Shown: positions 48,929 to 60,522, numbered from the stretch's first letter. The stretch is 64,000 bases of DNA from Saccostrea echinata (GCF_033153115.1 NW_026889763.1:15934001-15998000), one strand, 5' to 3'. Made by a program: numbers and translations. The notes: a model not told the origin generated them from the sequence alone.

Positions 48929-49844
48929 CATGTACAATGCTACAAATGATATATCGACATACCCTACCCTAATTCGGTCGCTTTCGGGAAACTCCGCGCT
49001 GTTTGTAAACGAATGCGATTGTGATGTCATTTTTTACATGCTGAAAATCTACAATCAAATGCCGAGAAATTATTACATAAGAAATGAAAATCAAGTCCAA
49101 GAAAATAAATGACAAATGCACGTGATCTATTGTATCTATCATATTTTATGTGAAATCAGTAAGCACTTTTTTGCTTTATGCGCCTCGGTCAATATTGATA
49201 TTTTTCTGGTGAATAATAAACCATATTCACCATCAAAAGAGTCCATAATTGTATAATATTAACATAATTTTTTCTGTTGTTGATACTTTTCCTAAAATAC
49301 AATTTAATACTATTTTAAATCTTCAAAACTAATAATCTATGTTTACAAGTTTATGATGAAGGGAGAAAAAACTAAACTGTACAATAAATTCTAATAAATA
49401 CGTTAACATACTGTAGAGAGCCCTGGAGACGGAGTTAGGGTTCATTGAACGTAATGTACACGGATGTGATACGCGTTTTATTTATAGTAGTTTTGTATAA
49501 GCCCAATGACTGATTTTTTTCAAAAAATGTTTTAAAAACTGTTTAACTTCATTACGTACTGTAGCAAACAAGAAACAAACCAAAAAATAATTCAGAGAGT
49601 AACCTGGCGTGTTTTCCGCTTATGGTGGCGGAGTTTGGGTAGTAGGGGATAGCTGAAACAGCTCTACACATAATTATTAGGCGAATCTTTATATGACGTC
49701 ACAATAAAGTTACGTCATAGTAAAATGTAGACGAAGGGAAAAACTTACGCTGTGTATAAAGATTGTTTACTCGTTGCTATGCTCGCTACCACGTTCATCA
49801 AAAACAAAATTTCATCCAAAAGCACTGATTGCTCCGGCAGAGCT

Positions 49845-50007
49845 ATGGCTTACGGATTCCAAATGGACGGCATAACTCCTTATATGGGCAGCGATTTTGA
49901 GGTGAATCCAACCCTCTATGAACCTTGGGCAGATAGCGAGCAAATGGAGGATTTTCTGATCGAGAAGCTTGTAGGCCGAGTAATATTAGCAAGTATTCAG
50001 GACAAAG
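49845..50007 (+). CDS. Uncharacterised charged/coiled-coil protein, exon 1
   Basis: MAYGFQMDGITPYMGSDFEV...ASIQDK+G|GT in phase 1. An alternative in-frame ATG lies at 49779. Confidence 0.65.
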
Positions 50008-50587
50008 GTTATGGAATCAGTATGTGTTTATAAAATGTATTGATTTTATATCATTTTTACATATACGTGTAATTCTGTTACGAATTAATAGATTTTATTC
50101 ATTAGAATATTTGTATTTTTTAAACTTGCTCTATTTTTGATTTTGTTTAGCCCAGGCTCCCCTTTATTATATTATACCATATTATAATTTTGAAGCTAAA
50201 AATTTTGTAAAAAAGTTAAAAATAAATGAATCATCATTCTCTGATAATCAACAATTTGGTCATATTTTAATGTCGTACAAGTGTTTTCAATGATATATAA
50301 CAACGCAAGTATTATTCTTACAATAATTTTTTTATAGTTATAGAAATATTTTCTTTAAAATCTGCCTTTATAAGCTATCCACAGTTGGACACAAAAAGAA
50401 GACCACAACGTCGCAACGCTAACCCAAATAAATATGTTACTAAAAACTAAAATAAATTATTCCGGGACGGGGGTGCTTTGAACAAATGAAACCACTGCTA
50501 GGTACTTGAATTTTTATGAACAAATTGCAAGTTAAGCCCGAGAGTGAAAAATCCCCTTCTATACGTGTATATAAACTAACACCTGGC

Positions 50588-50626
<39 letters not shown>

Positions 50627-51512
50627 TTTTAGGGACTTTACAGGCCCTCAGATCCGCAAGATCCGCGCGCTCTAGCGCTTTAATTATTATCTACTTAGTA
50701 ATTAAATTTTAGGTGCCTGTGATGCAACAACTTTACAAGCATTTTATGATGAATGTAGTAAATCTCTGGTGTTCTTTACTGAGATCTACTTAAAGAGTCC
50801 CTTTATTTATATGCAAAATATAAAGTGAGGGAGGTAAGCCGGTAGAATGACCACACTACTTTGGAGTTGCTAGCATATAAAATTACTTATCGTGGTTTTC
50901 TGCATGTGTAAAATTTTGTACCCTATAGCCATAGTCCTCAGGACCATGCTCTGTACGCTACATAGGAATGACTACCTCAAATGATTTGATTTATCATGGC
51001 CTTGGTAGTGTCCTTGCCATTATCCGAAAGAATTCTTTTATTAAGATTTTTTCAATATACTGCTATATCCATGAAAACTGTGATCCCTTACTGGGGCCCC
51101 GCCCTATTTCTATTGTCAAAGAGTTTAGCAATTTGTAAAAATATACTTGTGAATGCTTGCACATTTTTAAATAATTAAATATGGCCCTTCGAATTCATAT
51201 ATACATGTATGTAAAAACTTATTGTGACCCCAGCTTAGCCATAAGATATGTTTTATGGTTGTTTTAAAGATTTTGAATCTACACGCAATAAGGCTCTTTT
51301 TTTAAGTTTTATCTTCTCTATTAACTAGGTGAATATTGATAAGAATACTTAAAAATAAGGTATCATTTTTAAACTTTAACGCAAGAAAGGAGCTTTGACA
51401 TGCTCGGGGTGAAGTCACTAGTGGAAGCTTAGGCGATGTAGGTTTTTATACTTTTTATGTTACCAAGAAAAAACGTCACATAAAATTAACATATAGTTCG
51501 TCTCTCTAACAG

Positions 51513-51729
51513 CTAGTGAAGAAGACGGCCGACTGATGACACATGAGGAGGCCTCTAACGATCTCAAAAGAATCCAGTCTCCTAGCAACAATAAACAACG
51601 GAACGCGCACAATCAAAAACAGGAAAAAAGATCAAAGAAAGGAAGAAAAGAAGAAAAGGAATGCGGCGTCACCATAAAAACTCCCCATCCAATTTATCCA
51701 CGTCTAAATTTATCACTACCCAATTTCAG
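51513..51729 (+). CDS. Uncharacterised protein, exon 2
   Basis: CAG acceptor; ASEEDGRLMTHEE...LSLPNF; phase 1-2. Confidence 0.7.
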
Positions 51730-52347
51730 GTACATGCATGATGTGTAAACCATCCACAGTGAATCCATAGTTAAAATACTATCTCGTCCTAGCGGAGATT
51801 CAATTTATATATATCTTTGACCGATGTCAGATTATTTTGTAGCTATTTCAAAGTTAGATGATAATAAGACATATAATGAAATATTTTCTCTAGACGTCGA
51901 TCTGAGACAAGTTTTACCCCTCCCCCCCCCCAAAAAAAAACTCGGAAGAATAAGGTGTAGAAAATGAAAATTTAAATTAGTTCCAAAATGTCGCAGATGT
52001 TTGAGTATTCTTAGGTTAAAAAAAAAGAAATGAGGGGTTAATCAACATCTGAAATTTAAATCCTTTGAAAGGAAAACTTGTTCGCTTTCTTAATTGTACA
52101 ACGATGTACTGTTTCACGGCCTATTCGCCCAGGTTCTTGAACTTAATATCAGGGGTAATCTCGTGTTTAACTCAGCATCCGTGGGCGAACTTGCTGAAAC
52201 ATCGTCGTTAAATATGCAAATTCGTCGATTATAGACAACCAGTCAGAAAGTTGGAACTCCTCAAATTTGAAAATAAGTTCCTTAGTTTGCTATATTTATA
52301 CTAATATCGCGACTCCCATTAAAACGTGCGGATTTTGTTTTAAAACA

Positions 52348-53378
52348 AACAAGATGTGTTTGTGAAACACTGATGCCCCCATATGGCAGCTTATGGCGAA
52401 GGTTAAAGTTTGTCAAATGCAAGTCAAACTCCAGGTCAAGAGATCAAAAATGTTGGTACCCAAAAAGGGACTTGTCTCGAGGATTATACCTTTGAAATAC
52501 GAAAGCCCTAGTATCAACCGTTGAAAAGTTATGGCGAAGGTTTAAGTTTTTTAAAAGTAAGTAAAATGGTAAGGTCAAGGTCAAATGGTGCCCAAGGGAA
52601 GGTCTTGTCACAAGTCAAATGTTATGGCCAAGGTTAAATTTTTTATAAGAAGGTCAGACTCCAAGGTCAATGTCAATGTCAAAATAGTTGGTATCCAAAG
52701 GAAGGCCTTGTCACAAGGAATACACATGTGAAGATGAAAGCCCTAACACAAACTGTTCAAAAGTTATGGCCAAGGTTAAAGTTTTTCAAAAGGAAATCAA
52801 ACTCCAAAGTCAAAGGGTCAAATTTGTTGGTATCTAAAGAAAGGTCTTGTCACAAGGAATACACATGTGAAGTAAGAAAACCCTAGCAGTAATTGTTCAA
52901 AAGCTATGGCCAAGGTTAAAGGTTTTTTTTCAAAATTAAAGTAGGTTAAACCCTTCAAAAGTTATGGACAAGGTTAAAGTTTTTTCAACAGTGGGTCAAA
53001 CCCCAAGGTCAAGGTCAAAGGGTCAAAGTTTTTGGTATCCAAAGAAAGGTCTTGGTACAAGAAATACATATATGAAGTTTGAAAAACCAAGCAGCAACTG
53101 TTTAAAAGTTATAACCAAGGTTAAAGTCTCATAAAATTTTGCAAAAGTGAGTCAAACTCAAAGGTCAAGGTCAAAAGGTCAAGTATTATGGTACCCAAGG
53201 AAAGGTCTTGTCACAAGAAATACAATTGTGAAGTATGAAAGCCATAGCTCCAACCAATCAAAAGTTACGGGCAAGGTTAAAGTTTTTGCCGACAAACAGA
53301 CAGACAGCTAGACAGACAGACGGACGGACAGGGCAACAACTATATGCCCCCGAATCTTCGATTACGGGGGCATAAAAA
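52348..53378 (-). mobile_element. HINE-like element with internal tandem monomers
   Basis: Subterminal ATGCCCCC, AAGGTCAAGGTCAA monomers, (GACA/GACG)n, and the terminal hairpin TATGCCCCCG...CGGGGGCATA. Confidence 0.85.
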
Positions 53379-53645
53379 AGACAAGCCGTACAAGTAACTG
53401 GCATCAAATACCAGTCAGGAATAATATAGTAGTACCTCTCTCAAACTGCTTACTGCACCGGTGAGTGGCAATCGGTGTATTAACTACGGAAAAGCGTTCG
53501 TCATTTGCCGAACATACATACGTAATGTAAACTGTAATTCGTTGATTTGCCATCGCGACTCTGTTCAGCAGCCAATCAAATGACTAGCGCATATTAATTT
53601 CATACGACGATATTTCAGCAAATTTTCCCACGGATGATGAGTAAA

Positions 53646-53797
53646 TATAGGATCTTCCATGGTTTGTGTGGTTGGATAAATTATTTTCTATCCAACAAGT
53701 TTTGTGTCATTATCCCCGAGCCTTGGCGAGGAGAAAAAAACACACAACGAGTTGGATAAAAAAATCCTATTCAACCAAAAACCATGGGAGATTCTTT
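53646..53797. repeat. Imperfect ~150-bp foldback
   Basis: GATCTTCCATGGTTT...TATCCAAC...(CCGAGCCTTGGCGAGG)...GTTGGATA...AAACCATGGGAGAT. Confidence 0.7.
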
Positions 53798-53828
53798 TCA
53801 TCACATGTTTTACACATAGCTAATATAT

Positions 53829-53886
53829 TGTAACAGGAAAGGAGAAAATGTATGGCTGGACCGGGAATCGAACCCAAACCATTACA
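53829..53886 (-). mobile_element. 58-bp internally deleted solo LTR of the tRNA-containing TRIM
   Basis: The - strand reads TGTAATGGTTTGGGTTCGATTCCCGGTCCAGCCATACATTTTCTCCTTTCCTGTTACA, flanked by a 4-bp TSD ATAT. Confidence 0.85.
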
Positions 53887-54368
53887 ATATGTTTTACACT
53901 GTTTATATATGAAAATCCACAATCTTTGACTCGATCGACACAAAGCCATTGTGACGTCAGAACCGGCGTGGATCCAAACGAGCTATATATCCAATGTATA
54001 AAGGAGTAAACATATGATAAAAGACGTGGGTATCCGACGATGCTTGTTCTCTGGCTCAAATAGTCCTTTTAATAAGTCTGATACAAATGAAGCTAAGAGC
54101 CACAACAATTTTGAATCTATATAACACATGTAAGGGCCTGCAATTTCGACTTCGTAGTAGACATATTATTCCTGCATTGGTAGCACAGACTTATCGACAG
54201 TTTGGATTTTCGGCGGACGGCTTTTCCTGCGTCACATCAAAGTCAAACATAATGTGTATTTTGCATCAAAGAATGTGTATGTTTTTAAAAAAAATGACTT
54301 GCTCTATATAAGGGCAAATTTCTAACAAATTTTCTGAAGGTATTTTTCCCCTTTAATTTCTGCATTAG

Positions 54369-54490
54369 GTATATGGTGATTAGTGAGGTGGAGTCCCGTG
54401 CGCGCGCAGTTCACGATTACTACGCCCATCAGTGGTATGGAGTAATGGAGGACAGGGTCCGTAGGTACGCAGACCTCATCAGAAGTTTAG
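54369..54490 (+). CDS. Uncharacterised protein, exon 3
   Basis: GC-rich island; YMVISEVESRARAVHDYYAHQWYGVMEDRVRRYADLIRSL; phase 2-1 exactly bridges exons 2 and 4. Confidence 0.72.
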
Positions 54491-55130
54491 GTAAACCTTT
54501 TTTTACAGTGTAATATTTCATCTGAAATTTCCTTGGAACTGAAAATTGTTATCATTTTTTTTTTGACAAATTTTATCTGAAACTCACACTTGATAAGGAT
54601 AAGATCGTTTGATTCTGAAGGGGGGAGGCTAACAAATAAATGCATGTTTACCTTAATGCCCTCAAAGGACAGCATATTTATTTCCAAGATGACGAGATTA
54701 GAAATAAAAGAAGTAACTGTCAAACTTGAAAACACAATTTTGTGGGGTGATAAAGATCACCAGTCTTGGTTAGAACTCTTTCTTCTTTCTTTCTTTCTTT
54801 ATTTATTTCTTTATGTATTTATTTATTTACTAGTATTTTGTTTATTTATTTATTTTTTGCTGGTGGAGAACATATTAATTATTTTCAAAGAAACAGATTT
54901 AATTATTTATTTCCGAAATTACTCTCTCCCCCACTTCAAAATCAAACCACTCTGAATATGACTATGCATTAAATCCTATAATATATAATTGATTTAGATA
55001 AATGCTCCCTCTAGAGGATTGAAGCTGGAAATACATGGCGTCTTTTTTTCCTTTGCTTTATATATTTTATATTCATATATACAGTTGGAATTCCTCCTTA
55101 ATATGTACATGATGCATAAAAATATTTCAG

Positions 55131-55219
55131 AGAGAGAAAAAAGACTGGAGGAAAAATTACAACAAGCCTTAGACGAAATTCATCAACAGCAGAAGGAAAA
55201 CGAGATCCTCAAGACTGAG
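55131..55219 (+). CDS. Uncharacterised protein, exon 4 (coiled coil)
   Basis: EREKRLEEKLQQALDEIHQQQKENEILKTE; TTTCAG/GTATG; phase 1-0. Confidence 0.78.
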
Positions 55220-55327
55220 GTATGAAATCTCTCTCGCTCTTTCTCACACCCACCCTTCCACCCACCCACATACACAAGACATTCACTGGATCAGTCTCTA
55301 GCATAATATTCATCTCTTACTTTCCAG

Positions 55328-56089
55328 ATTGAAAATATAAAGAAGTCAAGGAAACAGAGAAGAAAGGACGCGAAATTGCGAAGAATAAGAGATTTACACG
55401 GGGAAGGTGAACTAACCGATCTAATGATGGATGATCAGAAAGAAGAGAAACATCACGAAGGAGAAGTAACGTGTAAAGATAGAAATAAAGATAAAGCATA
55501 CAATCAGCAAAAGGGGGTCGGGAATGAAAATGGGGGAGTGGGGGAGGGCTCAAAGAAGAAGAAGAAAAATCGTAAACGAAGAAAGAGTAGAGCGGAAACA
55601 AATGGTGGATCAGGGTCAGATTTATTAGACCCCCGTGTAGAAAGTACAGAAAAGGCTAACATATGTAATAAGAACCAGCAATATGATGTCAGGAAACCGG
55701 AAATCGATTCGTTGATGGAGACTGTCATCAAAAATAATAATAAAGAAAACAGAGGATTAGAAAGTGAAAAATCACGGTCCGTTGGACCTGAGAAAGAGTT
55801 GGCCACCAGAGACCAAAAATGCAGTTCAGAGCAACTAAAGACAATGGAGGCTGTTATTAGTAAGATGATAGAAAAACTGTCTAAAACGACAGTGACAGGA
55901 AGAGTGAACGACGAGGAGAAAGAGGGAACATTTTACTCAGGGGAACCTGTTCAAGCCACTTTTGAGAAGTCAGAAAGTAAACCGAAAGGTCTATGTACTT
56001 CAAAGAAATTGCAAACCGGAAATGGAGATGAAAATGCCACAGAGGCAGGAAATGTGGATGAAAATATGGCGACTGCGTTGTATGAGTGA
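55328..56089 (+). CDS. Uncharacterised protein, exon 5 (K/E-rich, NLS-like KKKKKNRKRRK)
   Basis: TTCCAG acceptor in phase 0, in frame with ORF 55376-56089. Confidence 0.78.
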   Translation: MENIKKSRKQRRKDAKLRRIRDLHGEGELTDLMMDDQKEEKHHEGEVTCKDRNKDKAYNQQKGVGNENGGVGEGSKKKKKNRKRRKSRAETNGGSGSDLLDPRVESTEKANICNKNQQYDVRKPEIDSLMETVIKNNNKENRGLESEKSRSVGPEKELATRDQKCSSEQLKTMEAVISKMIEKLSKTTVTGRVNDEEKEGTFYSGEPVQATFEKSESKPKGLCTSKKLQTGNGDENATEAGNVDENMATALYE

Positions 56090-57521
56090 TAATGAATTTA
56101 ACGGATTTTTTTCTATAGTGTATTGCTGCTGCTTTATAGAACAAAAGATTTTTTTAAATCAAGTAATATATTTCTCTAAGTGTATAATTTAATTAATTCA
56201 TTTGATCATCCTTTTAATCACTTTTTTCATTCCTTGCTTAATTTCAACTAAGGAAATGTATAAAGTTTATAATGGTTCTAAGTTAATAAAATAATTTTCG
56301 ATGATTCTGTAGGCATTTATTTTTATGTAGGCGTTCCCTTTAGATGTGACGTTACGTTATATCGCTGTGACGTCACAAGTTACATTTTATTGAAAAATGT
56401 AATTACCTTTTTTATATTGAAAAATGCAATAACCTTTAGTATATATAGAAATTGCCCAACAATATTTGAATTAAACTAACAAGTTTCAATTTTTTTATTT
56501 TATTTTATTTTTTTTTAAATTTACAAAAGTCGGTGTCTTTCAGCATTGAATTATTATTTTTTGAAAGATGTAAGTCTCATAACTGCAACAGTATGTGCAA
56601 ACAAATTGAATAACGTACGTTTTAATTCAATGCTTATATATACATTTTTTAACCCCCTGCCTTGTCTGTAAATGTCATTAATATTTCAAAATCCCTGCAG
56701 TATCCTTCGGGTAAGTTACAATTAATGGAGAAACCATTACAACAGCTACTATCGTCAACCTGTTCAATCTGAGAATGAATTTTGATTTTTGAGTATGACT
56801 TTGTACGGCATTTACCGTTTGTGACGTCAAAATCATACTTTATATTGGTGTGTAAATCACACAGATTTGTCACGTAGGCATATTTCATGAAGTGCATTAA
56901 TGTTAAAAAGTTCACTGGGAAATGAGTTTGGTTGGTCACGGGATCAAATCCTGTGAAGCTGCGAATTGAAACGAAACACTCGCATATCAAAAATATTTCT
57001 GCTGTAAGTATTTGAAGACGATGACGTGAATGATTTTGGCAAGGATGCTTCGCCAGAAGCCATTTGTCATTTATTGACAAAAAAGAAAAAAAAGAAGAAG
57101 CCGACAGCGTATTGACGACTATTTTAATATAATAGTACCAGCATATTCCCCAGATGAGTTCTCACATTTTCGAATGCGTAGAGAGACTTTCGAGGCGATC
57201 ACAAATGAATACTAGCTGCAGAGCTACAGTTCTGCAGCTAAAATAAATGCTAGAATAGACAATTGAATAAATGCAGTACTCGGGCTTTTTACAACAGATC
57301 TTAAATTCCTTTTATATAGAAGATTTTGTGAATGTTCCCTTTAAAAAAATATAACAAACAAATAATTTACAAAGTTATCAAATTCTGATCTTAGATTTTT
57401 TGTGGAAAAGGCTGCAGCAGATCGCTAGACTTTGCATTGAAACATTTTATACAGGTGATTTTCTTATGTTAGTAATAATTTAAAATACATGTATACCTGT
57501 CTACAGACTTCCTCAACTTGC

Positions 57522-58553
57522 AGGAGAAAGTCCTGTCAGGGGCTAAAAAAACTTGGGTCGTGTCTTCGAAGGCGAAGACAATTTCAGGAGGGAGGAATGT
57601 AATGGTTTGGGTCATGGATATCGGCCTGGGTACATGTAGCTCAGTCGGTAGAGCACCTGACTAGTGATGTAGGGGACCCTGGCTCGATTACCGGTTCAGC
57701 CGTACACTTTCTCCTTTCCTCTTACAGATTTGGTGCCCTGACCAGGATGTGACAGTAGGTGAAAGACCTGCTGAGGGAAGAGCCTGGGTTGGTGTCGACG
57801 GGGGTCAAAGGCCTTTAAGGAGGGAGGAATGTGGCAGTCAGACAGGTTCGATCGCCGGTGGCCAGATAGTTCAGTTGGTAGAGCACTTGATTGGAGATTC
57901 AGGGGGTCCGGGTTCGAATCCCGGTCTGGCCCGTCTCATTTTTCTCCTTTCCTGTTACATTTGGTGCCGTGTCATGCCCTGGAATTGACAGGTGAAAGAC
58001 CTGCCAGGGAAGAGCCTGGGTTGTTGTCTTCGGGCGGGGGGGGGGGGGGGGGTCGAAGACCTTTTTCGGGGACCGAAGACATTTAGGGAAGGGGGAATGT
58101 GGCGGTCAGACGAGTTGTATCGCCAGTGGCCAGATTGCTCAGATGGTAAAGCACCTGACTGGAGATTCAGGGGCCGGGTCTGGTCCGTTGCATTTTTCTC
58201 CTCTCCTAATACAGGTGAAAGAACTATAAGAGAAGAGTCTGTCTAAGGGACGAGGATATCTAAAGAGGGAAGAATGTGGTGAATGTGGTGGTCAGCGCTA
58301 GTGGACTTAGGGGGGGCTTTTTTATTTAACCCAAATCAATTTTTGTGTCTTGTTTTTTTTTCCCTTTTTGTTAGATGTTTGGAGCTTCCAGAGGTTTCGC
58401 CAACTGGCCCTGGGCTTTGTCTTGGTACCACTAGTACTGGGTTCCTTTAAGGCGGTCTCCAGACCCCCAGCCTGTTGCCTTCTCTCTTTTTAAAGAAATA
58501 CTGAACCCACCACTGGTCAGGCAGGTTCGTTCGATGGCCAGATAGAGCACCTG
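57522..58553 (+). mobile_element. Tandem array of tRNA-containing TRIM LTR retroelements (Helenus-like)
   Basis: LTRs at 57598-57726, 57830-57959, 58098-58213 and ~58284-58553 (interrupted). Each is preceded by a PPT (AGGAGGGAGGAA-like); LTR1 and LTR2 are followed by a PBS TGGTGCC(G/C)TG. Pol III A/B boxes lie inside the LTRs. Confidence 0.88.
58293..58515. mobile_element. Non-autonomous DNA transposon (CAG...CTG) inserted in LTR4
   Basis: Splits TGTGGTGGT|...|GTCAGGCAGG with an apparent 2-bp TSD GT. Ends resemble those of 60196-60447. Confidence 0.6.
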
Positions 58554-58581
58554 TTTAGAATTTTGAAAGCATATTTGACTT

Positions 58582-58805
58582 CAGGCCCCAAGACCATAAA
58601 CTGAGAACAGACTTAAGTCAAAATTTCAAACCAATATAACTTTTGAAAATAATTTCGATAATGAAATAAAATTTTCATCTTATGTTTTAATTGGAACATT
58701 ATACAAACCTGCAAATTTTTAAGTATGTGTGTTAAATAAAACACAAGATATTCAAAATCAAAATTTTTACTTAAGTTTGTTCTCAGTTTATGGTCTCGAG
58801 GCCTG
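58582..58805. mobile_element. MITE with ~37-bp TIR (Harbinger-like GGCC termini)
   Basis: CAGGCCCCAAGACCATAAACTGAGAACAGACTTAAGT / ACTTAAGTTTGTTCTCAGTTTATGGTCTCGAGGCCTG. Confidence 0.8.
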
Positions 58806-59833
58806 GTCTGGTCCCTCGAAGTTCCTGTCACTCTTCTAAGGGAGTTTTAATATTGTAACAGGAAATAAAACTATAAAAAATAAAAATCATAAAAGGGCCA
58901 ACCTCATTCTGGACTCCAGTCTTAAAGCCTTATAAACCTCAAACACTGAAGTTTGAGGATAACGGACTCCTGAATGACATTGGGCCGATTATGCATTTTG
59001 TTTGTATATAGCACGGGATCTTTGGCTATGCAAGTGAGAGGACACGTCAAACATAACAACTCTTTAAATCCTTGAGCTTGGTCGGTGTGACCCAAGTCGA
59101 ATTTCTATTTACACGAAATGACTCTAGGATATTACATATTCCAAATGCCTTCAAGATCTGAGGACCATTCCTCACCAGAGCGGCTCACAGGTGTTGGGGA
59201 GTGGAGATGTTACCCAACCTGTATAACATGCAAGCAAGACAGTTACATTTCAGCTTTCCACTCTTTATTAAATTAAACACTCCATTTTTAAATATTTATA
59301 ATTGCAATAAATAATTTTACACACTATACTTAACATTCTAATAGATATTCCTACTTATAATATGAAATATTTTAACCTGTAAATAAAAAGAGCCACCTGA
59401 AAATATTATAATTTTACAAAAAAAAAAAAAAAAAAAAAAAAAAAACCGCGCAAGTCTACAAAACGATCTCACCTGTATAACATGCAACTAAGAAAGTCAC
59501 AATTCAGCTTTCCACTGAAATCGCGTCTGTCCTGGCCGCCTGTTTTATGCCTGAAGTCGTACATCCCCATATTTGTTATTCCTCCAAAATTTACAATAAC
59601 TACTTTTAATTTGAATTTTAATTACTATTATTCTCTCCTCCAACACTTTTTAATTTCCTAATGCACTTAAAAAAAATCATTTCCAATCTTTTGCATAATC
59701 TTTAAATTTTTTATTTGTTTCAGCTAATTTATACCAACAACTGCCCTCTGGTCACTTCAATACTACTGGTTGCTCCTTCATTCTAACCAAATATATCTTT
59801 TGATAAACAAGTAATTAAACAACCGCATTCCAA

Positions 59834-60004
59834 TGAATTATTTTCTTGGAACTGTACAGTTTAAACATGTTAAAAGGTCAAACCCTAGTGGCCAGCATCT
59901 ATGTTTATTTTTATCTTCAGAGCTAATCATTTTCTTGGAACCGTACAGGTTAAAAGGTCAAACCCTAGTGGTCAGCATCTATGTTTATTTTTATCTTCAG
60001 AGCT
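59834..60004. repeat. Direct tandem duplication of ~80-90 bp
   Basis: TTTTCTTGGAAC...GTTAAAAGGTCAAACCCTAGTGG...TTATCTTCAGAGCT occurs twice. Confidence 0.85.
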
Positions 60005-60087
60005 CGTATCTGTTAACTCTCTCCGCCAAATAGTGCCAATACACCAAAAATATGTAACTTTCTTATTTTTATGCATTTTGTTATGAT

Positions 60088-60143
60088 AGCTCTACCAACT
60101 GAGCTATCTTGTCACCGCCGATCGAACACGCCTGACCGCCATA
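60088..60143 (-). mobile_element. 5' fragment of a tRNA-containing LTR
   Basis: The - strand reads TATGGCGGTCAGGCGTGTTCGATCGGCGGTGACAAGATAGCTCAGTTGGTAGAGCT, matching the 5' half of LTR2/LTR3. Confidence 0.75.
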
Positions 60144-60195
60144 GTCATAATAGAAACTGCTGATGACTATAATTTGACCTCCAAAGGCACCCTCT

Positions 60196-60447
60196 CAGTG
60201 GCGGATCCAGGGTTCTTGAAAGGGGGCAACCAGTTGGGGGGGCGGATGTTGGTTCAGGAGATGAAGCCCCGGACGCTCTCGGGTTTTAGGAGGTTTATGG
60301 AACTTTTTTTTTACTTATTTTAATTTAGCTTTATTTTAGGTATAATTATTGCAATATCCCACACCAAAAGAATTGATTTATTAATCTTATGTATATTTTT
60401 GGTCACAAAAGGGGGCGAGACTCCTGGACCCCCTCTGAATCCGCCAG
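60196..60447. mobile_element. Non-autonomous DNA transposon just upstream of GCLC
   Basis: CAGTGGCGGATCCAG...CCCCCTCTGAATCCGCC termini with G/C-run subtermini. Confidence 0.7.
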
Positions 60448-60510
60448 CCCCCCCCCCCCCTTTTTAAATCATTTCAAGAACGACTTAACAATTTCAGCTC
60501 TTCATTCAAT

Positions 60511-60522
60511 TGCGCATGTGCA
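60511..60522. promoter_or_regulatory. NRF1-like site in the GCLC promoter
   Basis: TGCGCATGTGCA has 1 mismatch to TGCGCATGCGCA and lies about 125 bp upstream of the ATG. Confidence 0.35.

Noticed and set aside
57860-57933. Functional tRNA gene
   Set aside because: The tRNA-like sequence is embedded in an LTR between PPT and PBS, and the copies diverge in the anticodon arm and stems.
57749-58246. ORFs within the TRIM array
   Set aside because: GC-rich repeat read-through with no gag/pol motifs.
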